Source: Desulfatiglandales bacterium (GTDB lineage Bacteria > Desulfobacterota > DSM-4660 > Desulfatiglandales > HGW-15). Taken from it: DNA of 64,000 nt. The notes beneath the pieces were generated by a model. That model had not been told where the DNA came from and did not search any database. It saw only the letters and a program-made list of their open reading frames with translations. Each line of letters opens with the position of its first letter. The stretch's first letter is position 1. Below, piece by piece: positions 19,783 through 30,121 of the stretch. Position numbers and translations under genes: made by a program. Where the stretch lies: contig CAXXJJ010000004.1 of assembly GCA_963667015.2 (NCBI GenBank), positions 1,312,001-1,376,000 on the forward strand, written 5' to 3'.

Positions 19783-21417
19783 ATGATACATCTTTCAAAC
19801 ATATCCAAACAGTACGGAAACCAGGTCCTTTTTAAAAACGCAAGCTTCCAGATCCTTCAGGGTACCCGAAGCGGCCTTGTGGGTCCTAACGGTGCCGGCA
19901 AGACCACCATTTTCAGGCTCATCACAGGTGAGGAAGAGCCTGATGACGGGGAGATCAGCTTTGCAAAGAAAACCACTATCGGATATTTTTCACAGACAGC
20001 AGGAGAAATGTCAGGCAGATCGGCACTGTCCGAAGTGATGTCTGCGGTTTCGGATGTAGTGGAGCTTGGCCGTGCAATGAAGGAGATGGAAGAGGCCATG
20101 GGAAAACCCATGGATGATGATGCAATGGCCAGCCTGCTTGAAAAATACGGGGAGATCTCAGAGGAATTTGAAAACCGCGGGGGATATGATCTTGAAACCC
20201 GCGCACAGACCATCCTTACAGGCCTGGGAATCGGCCCTGCCGATCACGACCGCCCGGTAGAGTCATTCAGCGGCGGATGGAAAATGCGTATTTCGCTGGC
20301 AAAAATACTGACTGTAAACCCCAATGTACTTCTGCTTGATGAACCCACAAATCATCTGGACATTGAGTCCATCATATGGCTGGAAGAGTGGCTGGTGACC
20401 GATTTTAAAGGTTCTCTCCTCATGACCTGCCATGACCATGATTTCATGAACAGGATAGTATCCCGGATTGTTGAAGTTGCAAATAAAACCATAACAATGT
20501 ACAGCGGTAATTACGATTTCTATGTCAGGGAGAGGGATATCCGGATGGAACAGCTTCTTGCCAGCCACAGGCGTCAGCAGGAGATGCTGGCAAAGGAAGA
20601 GGAGTTTATTGCACGGTTCAAGGCAAGGGCATCTCATGCCGCACAGGTCCAGTCCCGTATCAAAAAAATTGAAAAGATTGAGCGCATAGAAATACCCGAA
20701 TACCAGAAGGTCATAAGGTTTGAATTCAGAGAAACTCCCAGATCGGGTGAAGATGTCGCATCCTTTGAAAATCTTTCTAAAACCTGGGAGACACCGGGAA
20801 GAGAGCCAAAAACCGTTTTCAGCAATCTGTCAGGACTTGTCAGGCGGCAGGATAAAATTGCTGTTGCAGGTGTAAACGGTGCAGGTAAATCCACCTTCCT
20901 AAAACTCCTTGCCGGACAGACCGAACCTACATCAGGAACTGTCAAAACAGGTGCAAGCGTCAATACGGGTTATTTCAGTCAGCATGCAATGGACCTTCTC
21001 ACTCCCGATAAAACCGTACTTGAAACCCTTCAGGAAACACTGCCCACTGAAAATATGGGGGTAATAAGAAACCTGCTCGCATCCTTTCTTTTTTCCGGAA
21101 ATTCGGTTGATAAAAAAATAAAGAGTCTTTCAGGCGGAGAAAAAAGCAGGGTGGTCCTTGCGACTCTCCTGGCAAAGCCGGTCAACTTTCTAATCCTGGA
21201 TGAACCTACAAACCACCTTGATATACAGTCCAGGGAAATCCTTCTGCGTATTCTACAGGAATTTTCAGGAACAATCCTGCTGGTAAGCCATGACAGATTT
21301 TTTCTCCGGTCACTGGTAAACCAGGTTTTTGAAATCGATCATGGAGAAATGACCGCCTATAAAGGGAGTTACGAATACTATCTTTCAAAAACCGGAAGAG
21401 ACCATAGAGCTGTATAA
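19783..21417 (+). CDS. ABC-F family ATPase
   Basis: Two ABC domains (GPNGAGKTT, FSGGW, LDEPTNHLD; GVNGAGKST, LSGGEK), no transmembrane part; start set at MIHLSNI. Confidence 0.95.
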   Translation: MIHLSNISKQYGNQVLFKNASFQILQGTRSGLVGPNGAGKTTIFRLITGEEEPDDGEISFAKKTTIGYFSQTAGEMSGRSALSEVMSAVSDVVELGRAMKEMEEAMGKPMDDDAMASLLEKYGEISEEFENRGGYDLETRAQTILTGLGIGPADHDRPVESFSGGWKMRISLAKILTVNPNVLLLDEPTNHLDIESIIWLEEWLVTDFKGSLLMTCHDHDFMNRIVSRIVEVANKTITMYSGNYDFYVRERDIRMEQLLASHRRQQEMLAKEEEFIARFKARASHAAQVQSRIKKIEKIERIEIPEYQKVIRFEFRETPRSGEDVASFENLSKTWETPGREPKTVFSNLSGLVRRQDKIAVAGVNGAGKSTFLKLLAGQTEPTSGTVKTGASVNTGYFSQHAMDLLTPDKTVLETLQETLPTENMGVIRNLLASFLFSGNSVDKKIKSLSGGEKSRVVLATLLAKPVNFLILDEPTNHLDIQSREILLRILQEFSGTILLVSHDRFFLRSLVNQVFEIDHGEMTAYKGSYEYYLSKTGRDHRAV

Positions 21418-21750
21418 AAGAAATGCCTTATTCAGGTTAATTTATGTCCATGGGAAAGTAAGCTGCTTTTGTCTATAAGATGAGGAACTTAAACCAGGTC
21501 AATTTAAATCAGCAGGTGTTCGTTCAGTGGTTTTTGCCGGAATTACAAACTGTTCAGCCACATATAGCATACCACCCTGCGAAAAACCTCTGTTAATGAC
21601 GAAGGGCGGAGTTTTGCACCCCGCCGAATTATCTATCATGCACTGATCTAATCGGACTACTGAATCACTGTTTTTCAGGATATCCAAAGCGGGAACCGCT
21701 TTCGTGCGAGGCATGTTAACATCCTGATCATCAACATTCCATGTATTTCA

Positions 21751-22077
21751 TTATTCTATATTTGCCCCTACAACAGCAGCCATCTGCATCATATCGATGG
21801 TTTCTCCTTCTTTTAAACCGGTAAAATCTGTGACTTTTCCGGTTTTACTTGTTGATTTCGTGTTTTTAAAAACCGGAAGCAATTTAGCATCAGCCACAAT
21901 ATATTTACCGGCATTCTCAGGTTTGCCATTCTCAGTTTTAGTCTGGAGTTTATTAGCCTTAATATACTCCCATAGCTTTTTAGTGATCTCTGTTCGTGGA
22001 AGTTCTGTCTCACCCAGAAGTTCTTTTAATTCTTTTTTAAGCTTTACCGGCTTCTTTAGTCCTTTAGCTTCTTCCAT
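21751..22077 (-). CDS. SWIB/MDM2-domain protein
   Basis: EL..LLG..ELPRTEITKKLWEYIKANKLQ...I.AD..L..VF...IDM.QM SWIB signature. Confidence 0.85.
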   Translation of the reverse strand: MEEAKGLKKPVKLKKELKELLGETELPRTEITKKLWEYIKANKLQTKTENGKPENAGKYIVADAKLLPVFKNTKSTSKTGKVTDFTGLKEGETIDMMQMAAVVGANIE

Positions 22078-22238
22078 TTTATTTCCTTTGCATTTTAAAT
22101 TAAAAAATTAAAGCCTTTCCCTCCCGATACAATTATGGTAACAGGCTTCCAAATAAGTTTGTGAACTTATATTACTCTTTTTTCCTTAAAACTACAGTTT
22201 TTATATTTTAACCTGTTTTTATTTTTTTTTAATCCTGT

Positions 22239-22477
22239 TTGACATTTCACCTCTATTAGACCAGACTAAGTCATAATTAGTGTACATCCGGAAAGAGTAA
22301 TTTCCGGATGAAGCTTTCAGAGGTCAGCCAGGTCTTTGATTTTAATACTTTAGGTGAAAGCTGATGGCTGACAATAACGTGATGCGCAGCGCCGGGTTAT
22401 AGACCATGACAGGACAAACCTGGCGTTATATTTTAATGCCGGCACCATTCACATTTAAATTGGAGCAGGGAGGATAT
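22239..22477 (+). promoter_or_regulatory. Promoter and ~200-nt structured 5' leader
   Basis: TTGACA-N17-CAGACT at 22239-22267; four complementary stem pairs between 22285 and 22427. Confidence 0.5.
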
Positions 22478-22645
22478 ATGGGAAAACCAAATTATTCATT
22501 TCAAAAACGAAAAAAAGAGCTTGATAAAAAGAAAAAAAAGGAAGAAAAGCGTCAAAAAAAACTGGCCAGGGATAATGAAGAAACTCAGGTTGAACAGACC
22601 CCTGCAGCAGATGCTCAGGACACAACTGCTGATAATATAGAATAA
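22478..22645 (+). CDS. Small Lys-rich protein (MGKPNYSFQKRKKEL family)
   Basis: GGAGG RBS; recurrent small-protein N-terminal motif. Confidence 0.75.
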   Translation: MGKPNYSFQKRKKELDKKKKKEEKRQKKLARDNEETQVEQTPAADAQDTTADNIE

Positions 22646-22687
22646 AAACAGGGTGTAAGGATAATTATTAAATAAAAGGACTTACCT

Positions 22688-23167
22688 ATGACCAATAATG
22701 ATATCCTGCAAAGTATCTGTGAGATCTTCGACTACAATGATTCGGAAAGAATCAGCATATTCAGTCTTGCAGATCACGAGGTAACCCTGGAGCAGGTCAG
22801 CGCCTGGTTAAAGAATAATGATGACCCTGAATATCAGAAATGCAGTGAAACTCAGCTGGCCATTTTCCTAAACGGCCTGATCAACTATAAACGAGGTAAA
22901 AAAGAGGGCGCTCAGCCTGAATTAAAAAAGCGTTTGACTAACAATGCCATCTTTGTGAAATTAAAAATCGCATTGGACCTTAAGGCCGATGATATTCAGG
23001 CGATTATGGCCCTTACAAATATAAGCCTGAGCAAACATGAGTTGAGCGCACTTTTTCGTAAGCCGGGTCATAAACACTACCGTTTCTGTGATGATGAGGT
23101 CCTGGAAGAATTCCTGAAAGGTGTTCGGCTTAAATACCGGCCTGAAATCCAATTAAAAGATCTATAG
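22688..23167 (+). CDS. DUF1456 (YehS-like) protein
   Basis: MTNNDIL, FLNGLI..KRG, NN.IF.KLKIAL, ELSALFRKPGHKHYR. Confidence 0.93.
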   Translation: MTNNDILQSICEIFDYNDSERISIFSLADHEVTLEQVSAWLKNNDDPEYQKCSETQLAIFLNGLINYKRGKKEGAQPELKKRLTNNAIFVKLKIALDLKADDIQAIMALTNISLSKHELSALFRKPGHKHYRFCDDEVLEEFLKGVRLKYRPEIQLKDL

Positions 23168-23210
23168 AATATTTATACAAACATACAGAGAGATAGCTCA
23201 GGGTTATTAA

Positions 23211-24629
23211 ATGTCATTCGATCAACTCGGCCTCAGGCCTGAACTGCTAAAAGCAATTAAAAGCAAGGGGTATACCTCCCCTACCCCGGTTCAAACCAGG
23301 GCCATTCCAGTTATTCTTGAGGGGCAGGACATCCTTGCCCGCGCCCAGACCGGAACCGGAAAAACAGATGCATTTGCCCTGCCGATAGTCGAAATTCTAA
23401 GCCGCAAAAAAGGCAGTGAACGCCACCCGCGCGCACTTGTGCTTACACCCACACGTGAACTGGCGCTCCAGGTGGGAGAGAGTATCAAGGCCTATGCAAG
23501 AAGAGTCTCCCTAAGATGTACTGTTGTACACGGCGGGGTTAGAATCGATCCGCAGATAGACCGGTTGAAGCGGGGTGTTGACATACTTGTTGCAACACCT
23601 GGACGCCTGCTGGATCTCGCAGGGATGAGACATTTTAAACTCTCCCAGGTAGTATTTCTGGTTTTTGATGAAGCGGATAGAATGCTGGATCTGGGATTCA
23701 GTGAAGACATCGCCCAGATTCTTGAGTTTATTCCTGCTGAGCGCAGAACCATGCTGTTTTCCGCCACATATACAAAGCAGATCCGGGAACTTGCTGATAA
23801 AATGCTGGTAAACCCGAAACAGATAGAGGTAACGCCTAACAATACTGCGGCAGAATCTGTAATTCAGAAGGTTCACATGGTGGATCAGTCAAACAAAGAA
23901 GCCCTGCTGACTCACCTGATTAAAAGTGGGAACTGGGGCCGTACACTGGTCTTCATGCGTACAAAACGAGGGGCCGACAAACTCATGGATAAACTCGCCT
24001 CACAAAATATAAGTGTTGCGGTCATGCATGGAAACAAGAGCCAGTCTCTTCGAATGAAAACCCTTGAGGCATTTAAAAATGACGAAATCCGCATTCTTGT
24101 GGCGACAGATGTGGCTGCAAGGGGGCTGGACATCAGTGATCTGCCATATGTAGTTAACTACGATATTCCGACTATCCCGGAAGACTATGTTCACCGCATA
24201 GGCAGAACCGGGCGCGCGGGTGTAAGCGGCATTGCGGTCTCCCTTGTCAGCAGGAGTGAAAAAGCTCATCTTAAGGCCATTGAAAAACTGATTAATCAGA
24301 AGATCCCGGTTGAAAAGGTTGCCGGTTATACCGAGGACAGTGAGCTTATGGGACTTCTGAACCTGGGATCAAAAAATGCACCGATGGACAAAGAGGTGGA
24401 AAAGGCTGTAAAGGAATATGCCGCCCGAAAGAACGCACAAAAACAGAAGAGTGATAAAGGTAAATCCAAAACTAAGGATTCAGGAAAAAGTACAAGACCT
24501 GAATCGAAAAAACGATCCGACAGAAAAAGCAGTAAAACAGCACAGAAGCCCCCCACATCCAGATCACGCTCAAGGCAATCTTCAATGCAGGGGAAACCCG
24601 GTAAAGTAACCAGGCGGGGTAAGTCCTGA
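23211..24629 (+). CDS. rhlE: DEAD-box RNA helicase (RhlE-like)
   Basis: AQTGTGKT, PTRELA, TPGRLLD, DEAD, SAT, ARGLD, HRIGRTGRAG; basic C-terminal tail. Confidence 0.92.
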   Translation: MSFDQLGLRPELLKAIKSKGYTSPTPVQTRAIPVILEGQDILARAQTGTGKTDAFALPIVEILSRKKGSERHPRALVLTPTRELALQVGESIKAYARRVSLRCTVVHGGVRIDPQIDRLKRGVDILVATPGRLLDLAGMRHFKLSQVVFLVFDEADRMLDLGFSEDIAQILEFIPAERRTMLFSATYTKQIRELADKMLVNPKQIEVTPNNTAAESVIQKVHMVDQSNKEALLTHLIKSGNWGRTLVFMRTKRGADKLMDKLASQNISVAVMHGNKSQSLRMKTLEAFKNDEIRILVATDVAARGLDISDLPYVVNYDIPTIPEDYVHRIGRTGRAGVSGIAVSLVSRSEKAHLKAIEKLINQKIPVEKVAGYTEDSELMGLLNLGSKNAPMDKEVEKAVKEYAARKNAQKQKSDKGKSKTKDSGKSTRPESKKRSDRKSSKTAQKPPTSRSRSRQSSMQGKPGKVTRRGKS

Positions 24630-24755
24630 CACAGGGCGAATATAGGGAATTATAAATAAAATATTTTCACCGGGACTGGCCGGCAACCCGCGTCCCCTGC
24701 CCTACAATCATTTTAATAACCTGCTGATACTTTTGCAGAAAGCCTGAAAAATGAG

Positions 24756-25181
24756 ATGGCCGAAGATGATTGCAGCACCGTTGTCAGGGGAACAGAGGAA
24801 GATATATCTAAACTGGAAACCGCAGAATATGATGAAATGGCGATCATTAAGGAAAAGGGTCTTGTAGCCTATATCATGGAACAGCACGCAAAGAGAGTAA
24901 GAGAAGAGGTTATAGCCCTTCTGGGAGTAACAGAAGGGGAACTGGCAGAGATGTCACCTGAGCAGAGATCTGCAATTGAAAAACGAATCGTCGAGGAAAC
25001 AAAAAAACGCCTGGAAGCTGAATCATGCATGCAAAAAAATAATACTAATCCGGGTGCAGTTAAAACAGTGGACATCTTATCGGTTCTGAATGAAGGTATT
25101 GATTCAAGAGCTAAAGAAGTTAAAAATCCCTCCCTTTTTAATGCAATTGAAAAAGATGACAATGAGTTAATTTTTTCCTGA
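24756..25181 (+). CDS. Hypothetical protein (possibly N-terminally truncated)
   Basis: LGVTE.ELA.M.PEQR.AIE..I motif; frame open upstream of the ATG, weak RBS. Confidence 0.55.
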   Translation: MAEDDCSTVVRGTEEDISKLETAEYDEMAIIKEKGLVAYIMEQHAKRVREEVIALLGVTEGELAEMSPEQRSAIEKRIVEETKKRLEAESCMQKNNTNPGAVKTVDILSVLNEGIDSRAKEVKNPSLFNAIEKDDNELIFS

Positions 25182-25360
25182 GATAGGAAGAATTTGCCTC
25201 ATATTAGGTTCTGCAGGCAAGGTAAATTCCCACTGTTTTTAACGCAGGGTCTAATACCTCGCCTACTATTTGATTACGGTTCTATTGCTGGCACTGTCTG
25301 TTTTGTTAAATTATACTCTTATAACTGAAAAGAGCTGTTTAAATCTAAAAAACAGGGTTA

Positions 25361-25579
25361 TTATTCACGAATGACCCTGAATATCGTGATCCCCAAAAAA
25401 AGACCCGCCTGCCCGAGAAGGATACCAATAATACCGGCATGGAGCAAAGCACGGAGTAACAGTGAAATCACAACCGACAGCACAACCCAGAGAACAGTTG
25501 AACTGCCATCCAACTTTGCCCCCCTGTAAAAGAAAATCGCAGATGCAATTATAGCTATAATCGTAAATGAATCGAACAT
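25361..25579 (-). CDS. Small membrane protein
   Basis: 72 aa, three hydrophobic segments, GAGG RBS, 18 bp after the SPFH gene. Confidence 0.75.
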   Translation of the reverse strand: MFDSFTIIAIIASAIFFYRGAKLDGSSTVLWVVLSVVISLLLRALLHAGIIGILLGQAGLFLGITIFRVIRE

Positions 25580-25597
25580 GTAGTTAATACATCCTCT

Positions 25598-26509
25598 TTA
25601 CCGCTGGAGCTTGGAGCTGGCAGTTATGGCCTTTATGATCTCCTGGGAAATACCATCCATACCCCCGGGAGAAGAAGGAATCATAATAACATTTGACTGT
25701 GAAGATCCTCCCACATCTTTCAGCATATCAAAATATTGAGTCATAAGCACAAGGCTCATTACATCCTGAGCCGTTGATCCCTCAACAGCCTGTGAAAATG
25801 CTTCAACCGAATCCTTTAATCCGTCAACAATGGCCTTTCTCTGCTCCGCAATACCCTGCCCCTGCAGTTTCTTTGATTCGGCCTCGGCCTCGGCTTCCTT
25901 AACCCGCAGGATCTTATCGGCCTCTCCCTTTTCTGCAGCAGCAATACGAAGACGCCTTTGTGCATTGATCTCGTTCATGGATTCCTTAACCTTGGCATCA
26001 GGATCTATATCTGTTACAAGCGCCTGAACTATCAAATAACCAAAATCATCCATTGTCTCTTTCAGTTCCCTCTTAATAGCGCTTGCAATTTCTTCCTTCT
26101 TTTCAAATACATCATCAAGGTCCAGTGTCGGGACATTTGCACGTACAACATCAAAAACATATGAAGTTATCTGTGGTTCAGGACTTTCGAGTTTATAAAA
26201 AGCCTCAAAGGCCTTTTCTTTTATGATGTGATACTGAACAGATACCTTTACGTTTACAAAAACATTATCCCTGGTTTTTGTTTCAACAGGCACATCAAGC
26301 TGTTGTATTCTAAAGGTGGCTTTACCGGCCACCCAGTCAATAAAAGGTATTTTAAAATTAAGCCCCGGGGAACATATTTTATTGAACTTCCCAAACCTTT
26401 CTACAACCTTGAATGTCTGCTGTTCTACGGTAAATAAAGCAAAAGAAACTAAAATAATTAAAAAAATAAAAGAAAATATTGCAGCTGTTACAATAATCGG
26501 AACCGGCAT
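25598..26509 (-). CDS. SPFH/Band 7 domain protein
   Basis: N-terminal TM, VVERFGKF, ETKTRDNVFV, DIDPD..VK.SMNEIN, AEAEAE repeats. Confidence 0.95.
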   Translation of the reverse strand: MPVPIIVTAAIFSFIFLIILVSFALFTVEQQTFKVVERFGKFNKICSPGLNFKIPFIDWVAGKATFRIQQLDVPVETKTRDNVFVNVKVSVQYHIIKEKAFEAFYKLESPEPQITSYVFDVVRANVPTLDLDDVFEKKEEIASAIKRELKETMDDFGYLIVQALVTDIDPDAKVKESMNEINAQRRLRIAAAEKGEADKILRVKEAEAEAESKKLQGQGIAEQRKAIVDGLKDSVEAFSQAVEGSTAQDVMSLVLMTQYFDMLKDVGGSSQSNVIMIPSSPGGMDGISQEIIKAITASSKLQR

Positions 26510-26758
26510 TTTAATTCTCCTTTTTAAAAGTTTGTATAAAAAACCTGATAATGTGCAATTTATTCATATACCGCAAAAATAACCACAAAAAATATCCTAT
26601 GAAGTTTCTGTAATTTTCATCATCACAACTTAAGAGATATGGAATAGCTCACAACTGTATGAGAGATGTCAGGCCTCCTGGCCGCATCAGCCGTGATTAA
26701 CGATTCCGTATGTAAACATCTTGAATTTTTCCGGTAAAAATCCTAAAAGTTATGGATT

Positions 26759-27943
26759 ATGAAACCAATAAATAAAAAATTCAGCAGGGCAGCAGTTTTA
26801 CTGCTGCTTATAGTTACCGCAGGTGCTGCATTTGCTGTCAGCACTGTACATCCAAAAGATACAGTTGCAGGATATAACCATACTGATGCAATACTGCTTG
26901 TAATATATATACTGATGGCGCTGATTTTCTCATTCCTCTGTTCTGTTGCAGAGGCAGTTCTCCTGAGTATAACACCTTCCTATATTGCGGGTCTAAAACA
27001 GGACAAACCAAAATTTGCAGCGCTGGTGAAGCGATTGAAGCAGGATAATGTTGATCAGTCCCTTGCCGCCATACTTACACTTAACACCATCGCTCATACT
27101 GTCGGGGCTATAGGGTCGGGTGCCAAGGCAACAATAGTGTTCGGCAGCGCATGGTTCGGATTGTTTTCCGCAGTGATGACATTAATGATTCTGTTTCTTT
27201 CCGAGATTATACCCAAAACACTGGGCGCAGTGTTCTGGCCCAGGCTCGTATGGGTTACCATGATATTCGTCCGCAGCCTGATTATAATCCTTTACCCCCT
27301 TATCTGGATTTCCGAAAGGTTGACACGGTTAATTGCTCAACACAAAGAGCTGCATGTGTTCAGCCGAAAGGAATTTATTGCAATGGCAAAAATAGGTGAA
27401 CAGGCGGGCCATATAAAAAAAAGGGAATCAAGGATCATTCATAACCTTTTCCGTTTTGATTCAATAAAAGCAAAGGATATCATGACGCCAAGGACGGTTA
27501 TTGTAGGCTTACAGCAGGATCTCTCGGTTGCCGAAGCACTGGATATCGAATCAATCTCTCCTTTTTCACGCCTGCTGCTCTATGGAGAAAGCCTTGACGA
27601 CATTACGGGTTTTATACTTAAAACCGACATGCTCATATCTAATACACAGGATCTGAGGGATTTAAAACTTGTGAATTTCAAACGGGATATAATGACAGTT
27701 ATTAGCGATATGCCCCTGTCAGGACTGCTTGAATTTTTTCTGGATTACAGGCAGCATATTGCCCTTGTTGTTGATGAATACGGTGGTACCAAGGGCATTG
27801 TAACGCTGGAAGATGTTGTCGAAACACTGCTTGGCATGGAAATCCTGGATGAGATGGATGAGACAGAAGATATGCAGGCAATGGCCAGAAAGCAGTGGGA
27901 AAACCGCGCAAGGGCAATAGGCCTTAAAGTAGACAATATCTGA
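26759..27943 (+). CDS. CNNM/DUF21 + CBS domain protein (CorB/hemolysin family)
   Basis: FSFLCSVAEAVLLS, SEIIPKTLG, IMTPR, VVDEYGG..GIVTLEDVVE. Confidence 0.95.
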   Translation: MKPINKKFSRAAVLLLLIVTAGAAFAVSTVHPKDTVAGYNHTDAILLVIYILMALIFSFLCSVAEAVLLSITPSYIAGLKQDKPKFAALVKRLKQDNVDQSLAAILTLNTIAHTVGAIGSGAKATIVFGSAWFGLFSAVMTLMILFLSEIIPKTLGAVFWPRLVWVTMIFVRSLIIILYPLIWISERLTRLIAQHKELHVFSRKEFIAMAKIGEQAGHIKKRESRIIHNLFRFDSIKAKDIMTPRTVIVGLQQDLSVAEALDIESISPFSRLLLYGESLDDITGFILKTDMLISNTQDLRDLKLVNFKRDIMTVISDMPLSGLLEFFLDYRQHIALVVDEYGGTKGIVTLEDVVETLLGMEILDEMDETEDMQAMARKQWENRARAIGLKVDNI

Positions 27944-28059
27944 TAAAGGGGTAAAGCCTTTCATCTATAGTCTTGTATTTTTTTTTTTGCACCCGCATTA
28001 ACTACCTTACCCGGTATAAGGTATACTCTGTATTAAATCCTATCCAGCAGGACCTATCG

Positions 28060-28584
28060 TCAAATGTCAGTCCCCGCCTTCGTTGCTTTCGGGATTAAGC
28101 TGTTTTCCTGTAACTGAAAAGTTATCTTGTAGTTGCCTGCCGGCTGGGTTGATACAATTTTAAAGGACAAAATGTCGCCGCTGCCATTAATTTTATAGGT
28201 AACGTCAGATACTGAAACGATTGTATTTAACTGGTTCTTAACAGTGACATTGGAAATAATATTAACATTTCCATTTTTTGCATCTTCAACCCGCCAGTTT
28301 TGTTCCTGGATTGTGTTATCGCTGCAGGTCATTTCAGGGAGAATGCCGAAATCTCCGATTTTTACAGATGAGGGCATTGTGTGGAGGGATACCGGCGTAC
28401 AGGTCTGGCCGGTCGTTTGTATGACATAAGATAACAGGCTGCCGTTTTTATCCACATACCTTGTTCCTGCGTATGTCATTGATGTTTTGCCGCCGGAAAA
28501 ATTTATAATAAATTCCTGCGGTGTTACCAACACCCCATTAAACATGATTTTTTCACGATTGGCCATCAAGAACGCCCCGGACAC
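28060..28584 (-). CDS. Hypothetical beta-rich protein, probably a 5'-truncated fragment
   Basis: 174-codon ORF with no clear RBS or signal peptide. Confidence 0.45.
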   Translation of the reverse strand: MSGAFLMANREKIMFNGVLVTPQEFIINFSGGKTSMTYAGTRYVDKNGSLLSYVIQTTGQTCTPVSLHTMPSSVKIGDFGILPEMTCSDNTIQEQNWRVEDAKNGNVNIISNVTVKNQLNTIVSVSDVTYKINGSGDILSFKIVSTQPAGNYKITFQLQENSLIPKATKAGTDI

Positions 28585-28692
28585 AATTAATTTCTTATCG
28601 CATCTTTTAGATACATGATATAATTGTATAAAAAATGAAAATATCTGTTTTAAGGATTACATTTTTATTGCTTGTTACCGGGAGAATTAAAT

Positions 28693-29994
28693 ATGTATCA
28701 TCGAACTTTAAATATATTTATAGCAACACAGAGCCCTCAGCTTGAAACGTTTCTTCGAAATGCCCCACCAGTTGAAAGATTCTCATATCAATTTTTCGTT
28801 CATCCGGAGGTCAATGAAGCTGGCCTGAAAGGGTGCAGGGTCATAGTTCTTGATTTTGAAAACGATAAACCTGTATCTCTGGAAAAAATTCTCTCTGCTA
28901 AAGATGAACAGGCCATTGTTATAGGTTGTTTTTCAGCCGATAGCTTTCCAGCCCTGGCACAAAATTACCATCTCTTCGACCAGATCTGGGTCAAACCATT
29001 TGTTGAAGATAAGGTTATGTCTTCTTTTACCGGGATACTGAAACGCCTTAAAGAACAGGAGGATTCGGTACTTACCCAAAAATATCTGGACACGCTGATA
29101 GACAGTCTGCCCGACTTGATCTGGTTCAAGGATGCACAGGGGTCTCATTTGAAAGTCAACAATGGCTTCTGCCGGGCTGTAAATAAGACAAAGGACCAGA
29201 TTAAAGACCGGGGACATTATTACATCTGGGATCTTGAACCGGATGAATATGCCCGGGGGGAATATATCTGTCTGGAATCAGAGGAGATTGTTCTTACCAA
29301 AAAGGAGACCTGCCTTTTCGACGAAACCGTGAAATGCGGTGATGAACTCCGGAAATTCAAAACATACAAGTCACCCATCTTCGACACCGATGGCAGCGTT
29401 ATCGGCACTGTCGGATTTGCCCATGATGTGACCGACCTGCAGAACCTGATTATTGAATTGAATATCCTTATTGAGAGCCTGCCGTTTCCGGCCATAATCA
29501 CGGACAGGGGCAGAACAATTACAAGCGTCAATCAGAGATTCATTGACAATTTTGTGATAGACCGGGCAGAGGTGACAGGAAAATCTGTTGATTCTCTCCT
29601 TGATGAAACCATGACCTTCACCCGGAGTAAAAGATGGACTCTTGAGGGGGAAAAAGAAAACATCCGGCTTGTTTCTGAAAACAGCGTCCTGAAAATACAG
29701 GAAGAAAAACTTATGGATATATTCGGCATACCGGCTGGCTATATCCTGCTTTTTATGGACATCACCCTTGAGTATCAGCTGCTTGAAGAAAAAAAGAAGC
29801 TCGAAAAGGCGATTTCCGAAATAAAAAAATTAAGCTGTTTGCTCCCTATTTGCTCTTCCTGTAAAAAAATCAGAGACGACAAAGGCTACTGGACCCAGAT
29901 TGAATCCTATATCAGCCAGCACTCCGAAACACAATTCAGTCATGGAATCTGCCCTGACTGCGCTAAAAAACTCTATCCGGATCTGTATGGATAA
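28693..29994 (+). CDS. PAS-domain signalling protein with C-terminal Cys motif
   Basis: Receiver-like N-terminus, two PAS domains (LIDSLPDLIWFKD), C-terminal PICSSCKKIRDD.GYW...FSHGICPDC; no catalytic output domain. Confidence 0.88.
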   Translation: MYHRTLNIFIATQSPQLETFLRNAPPVERFSYQFFVHPEVNEAGLKGCRVIVLDFENDKPVSLEKILSAKDEQAIVIGCFSADSFPALAQNYHLFDQIWVKPFVEDKVMSSFTGILKRLKEQEDSVLTQKYLDTLIDSLPDLIWFKDAQGSHLKVNNGFCRAVNKTKDQIKDRGHYYIWDLEPDEYARGEYICLESEEIVLTKKETCLFDETVKCGDELRKFKTYKSPIFDTDGSVIGTVGFAHDVTDLQNLIIELNILIESLPFPAIITDRGRTITSVNQRFIDNFVIDRAEVTGKSVDSLLDETMTFTRSKRWTLEGEKENIRLVSENSVLKIQEEKLMDIFGIPAGYILLFMDITLEYQLLEEKKKLEKAISEIKKLSCLLPICSSCKKIRDDKGYWTQIESYISQHSETQFSHGICPDCAKKLYPDLYG

Positions 29995-30121
29995 GAAGTT
30001 TATCTGATGGACAGGCCCCCTCCCGGGTCTTGTGAGCAAAGAGTTATGCATTTATTGCGGTATAAATTATTCCTTACCCAAAGAATCAGGTTTCCTTCCC
30101 AATATTTTCTGAATACCATCC

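Noticed and set aside
21499..21714. 71-aa ORF downstream of the SWIB gene
   Set aside because: No RBS or recognisable motif; cannot distinguish it from a chance ORF or a decayed fragment.
185..22077. Functional link between topA and the SWIB-domain gene (fused in Chlamydiae)
   Set aside because: The genes are 19 kb apart with unrelated genes between them; no evidence of linkage.
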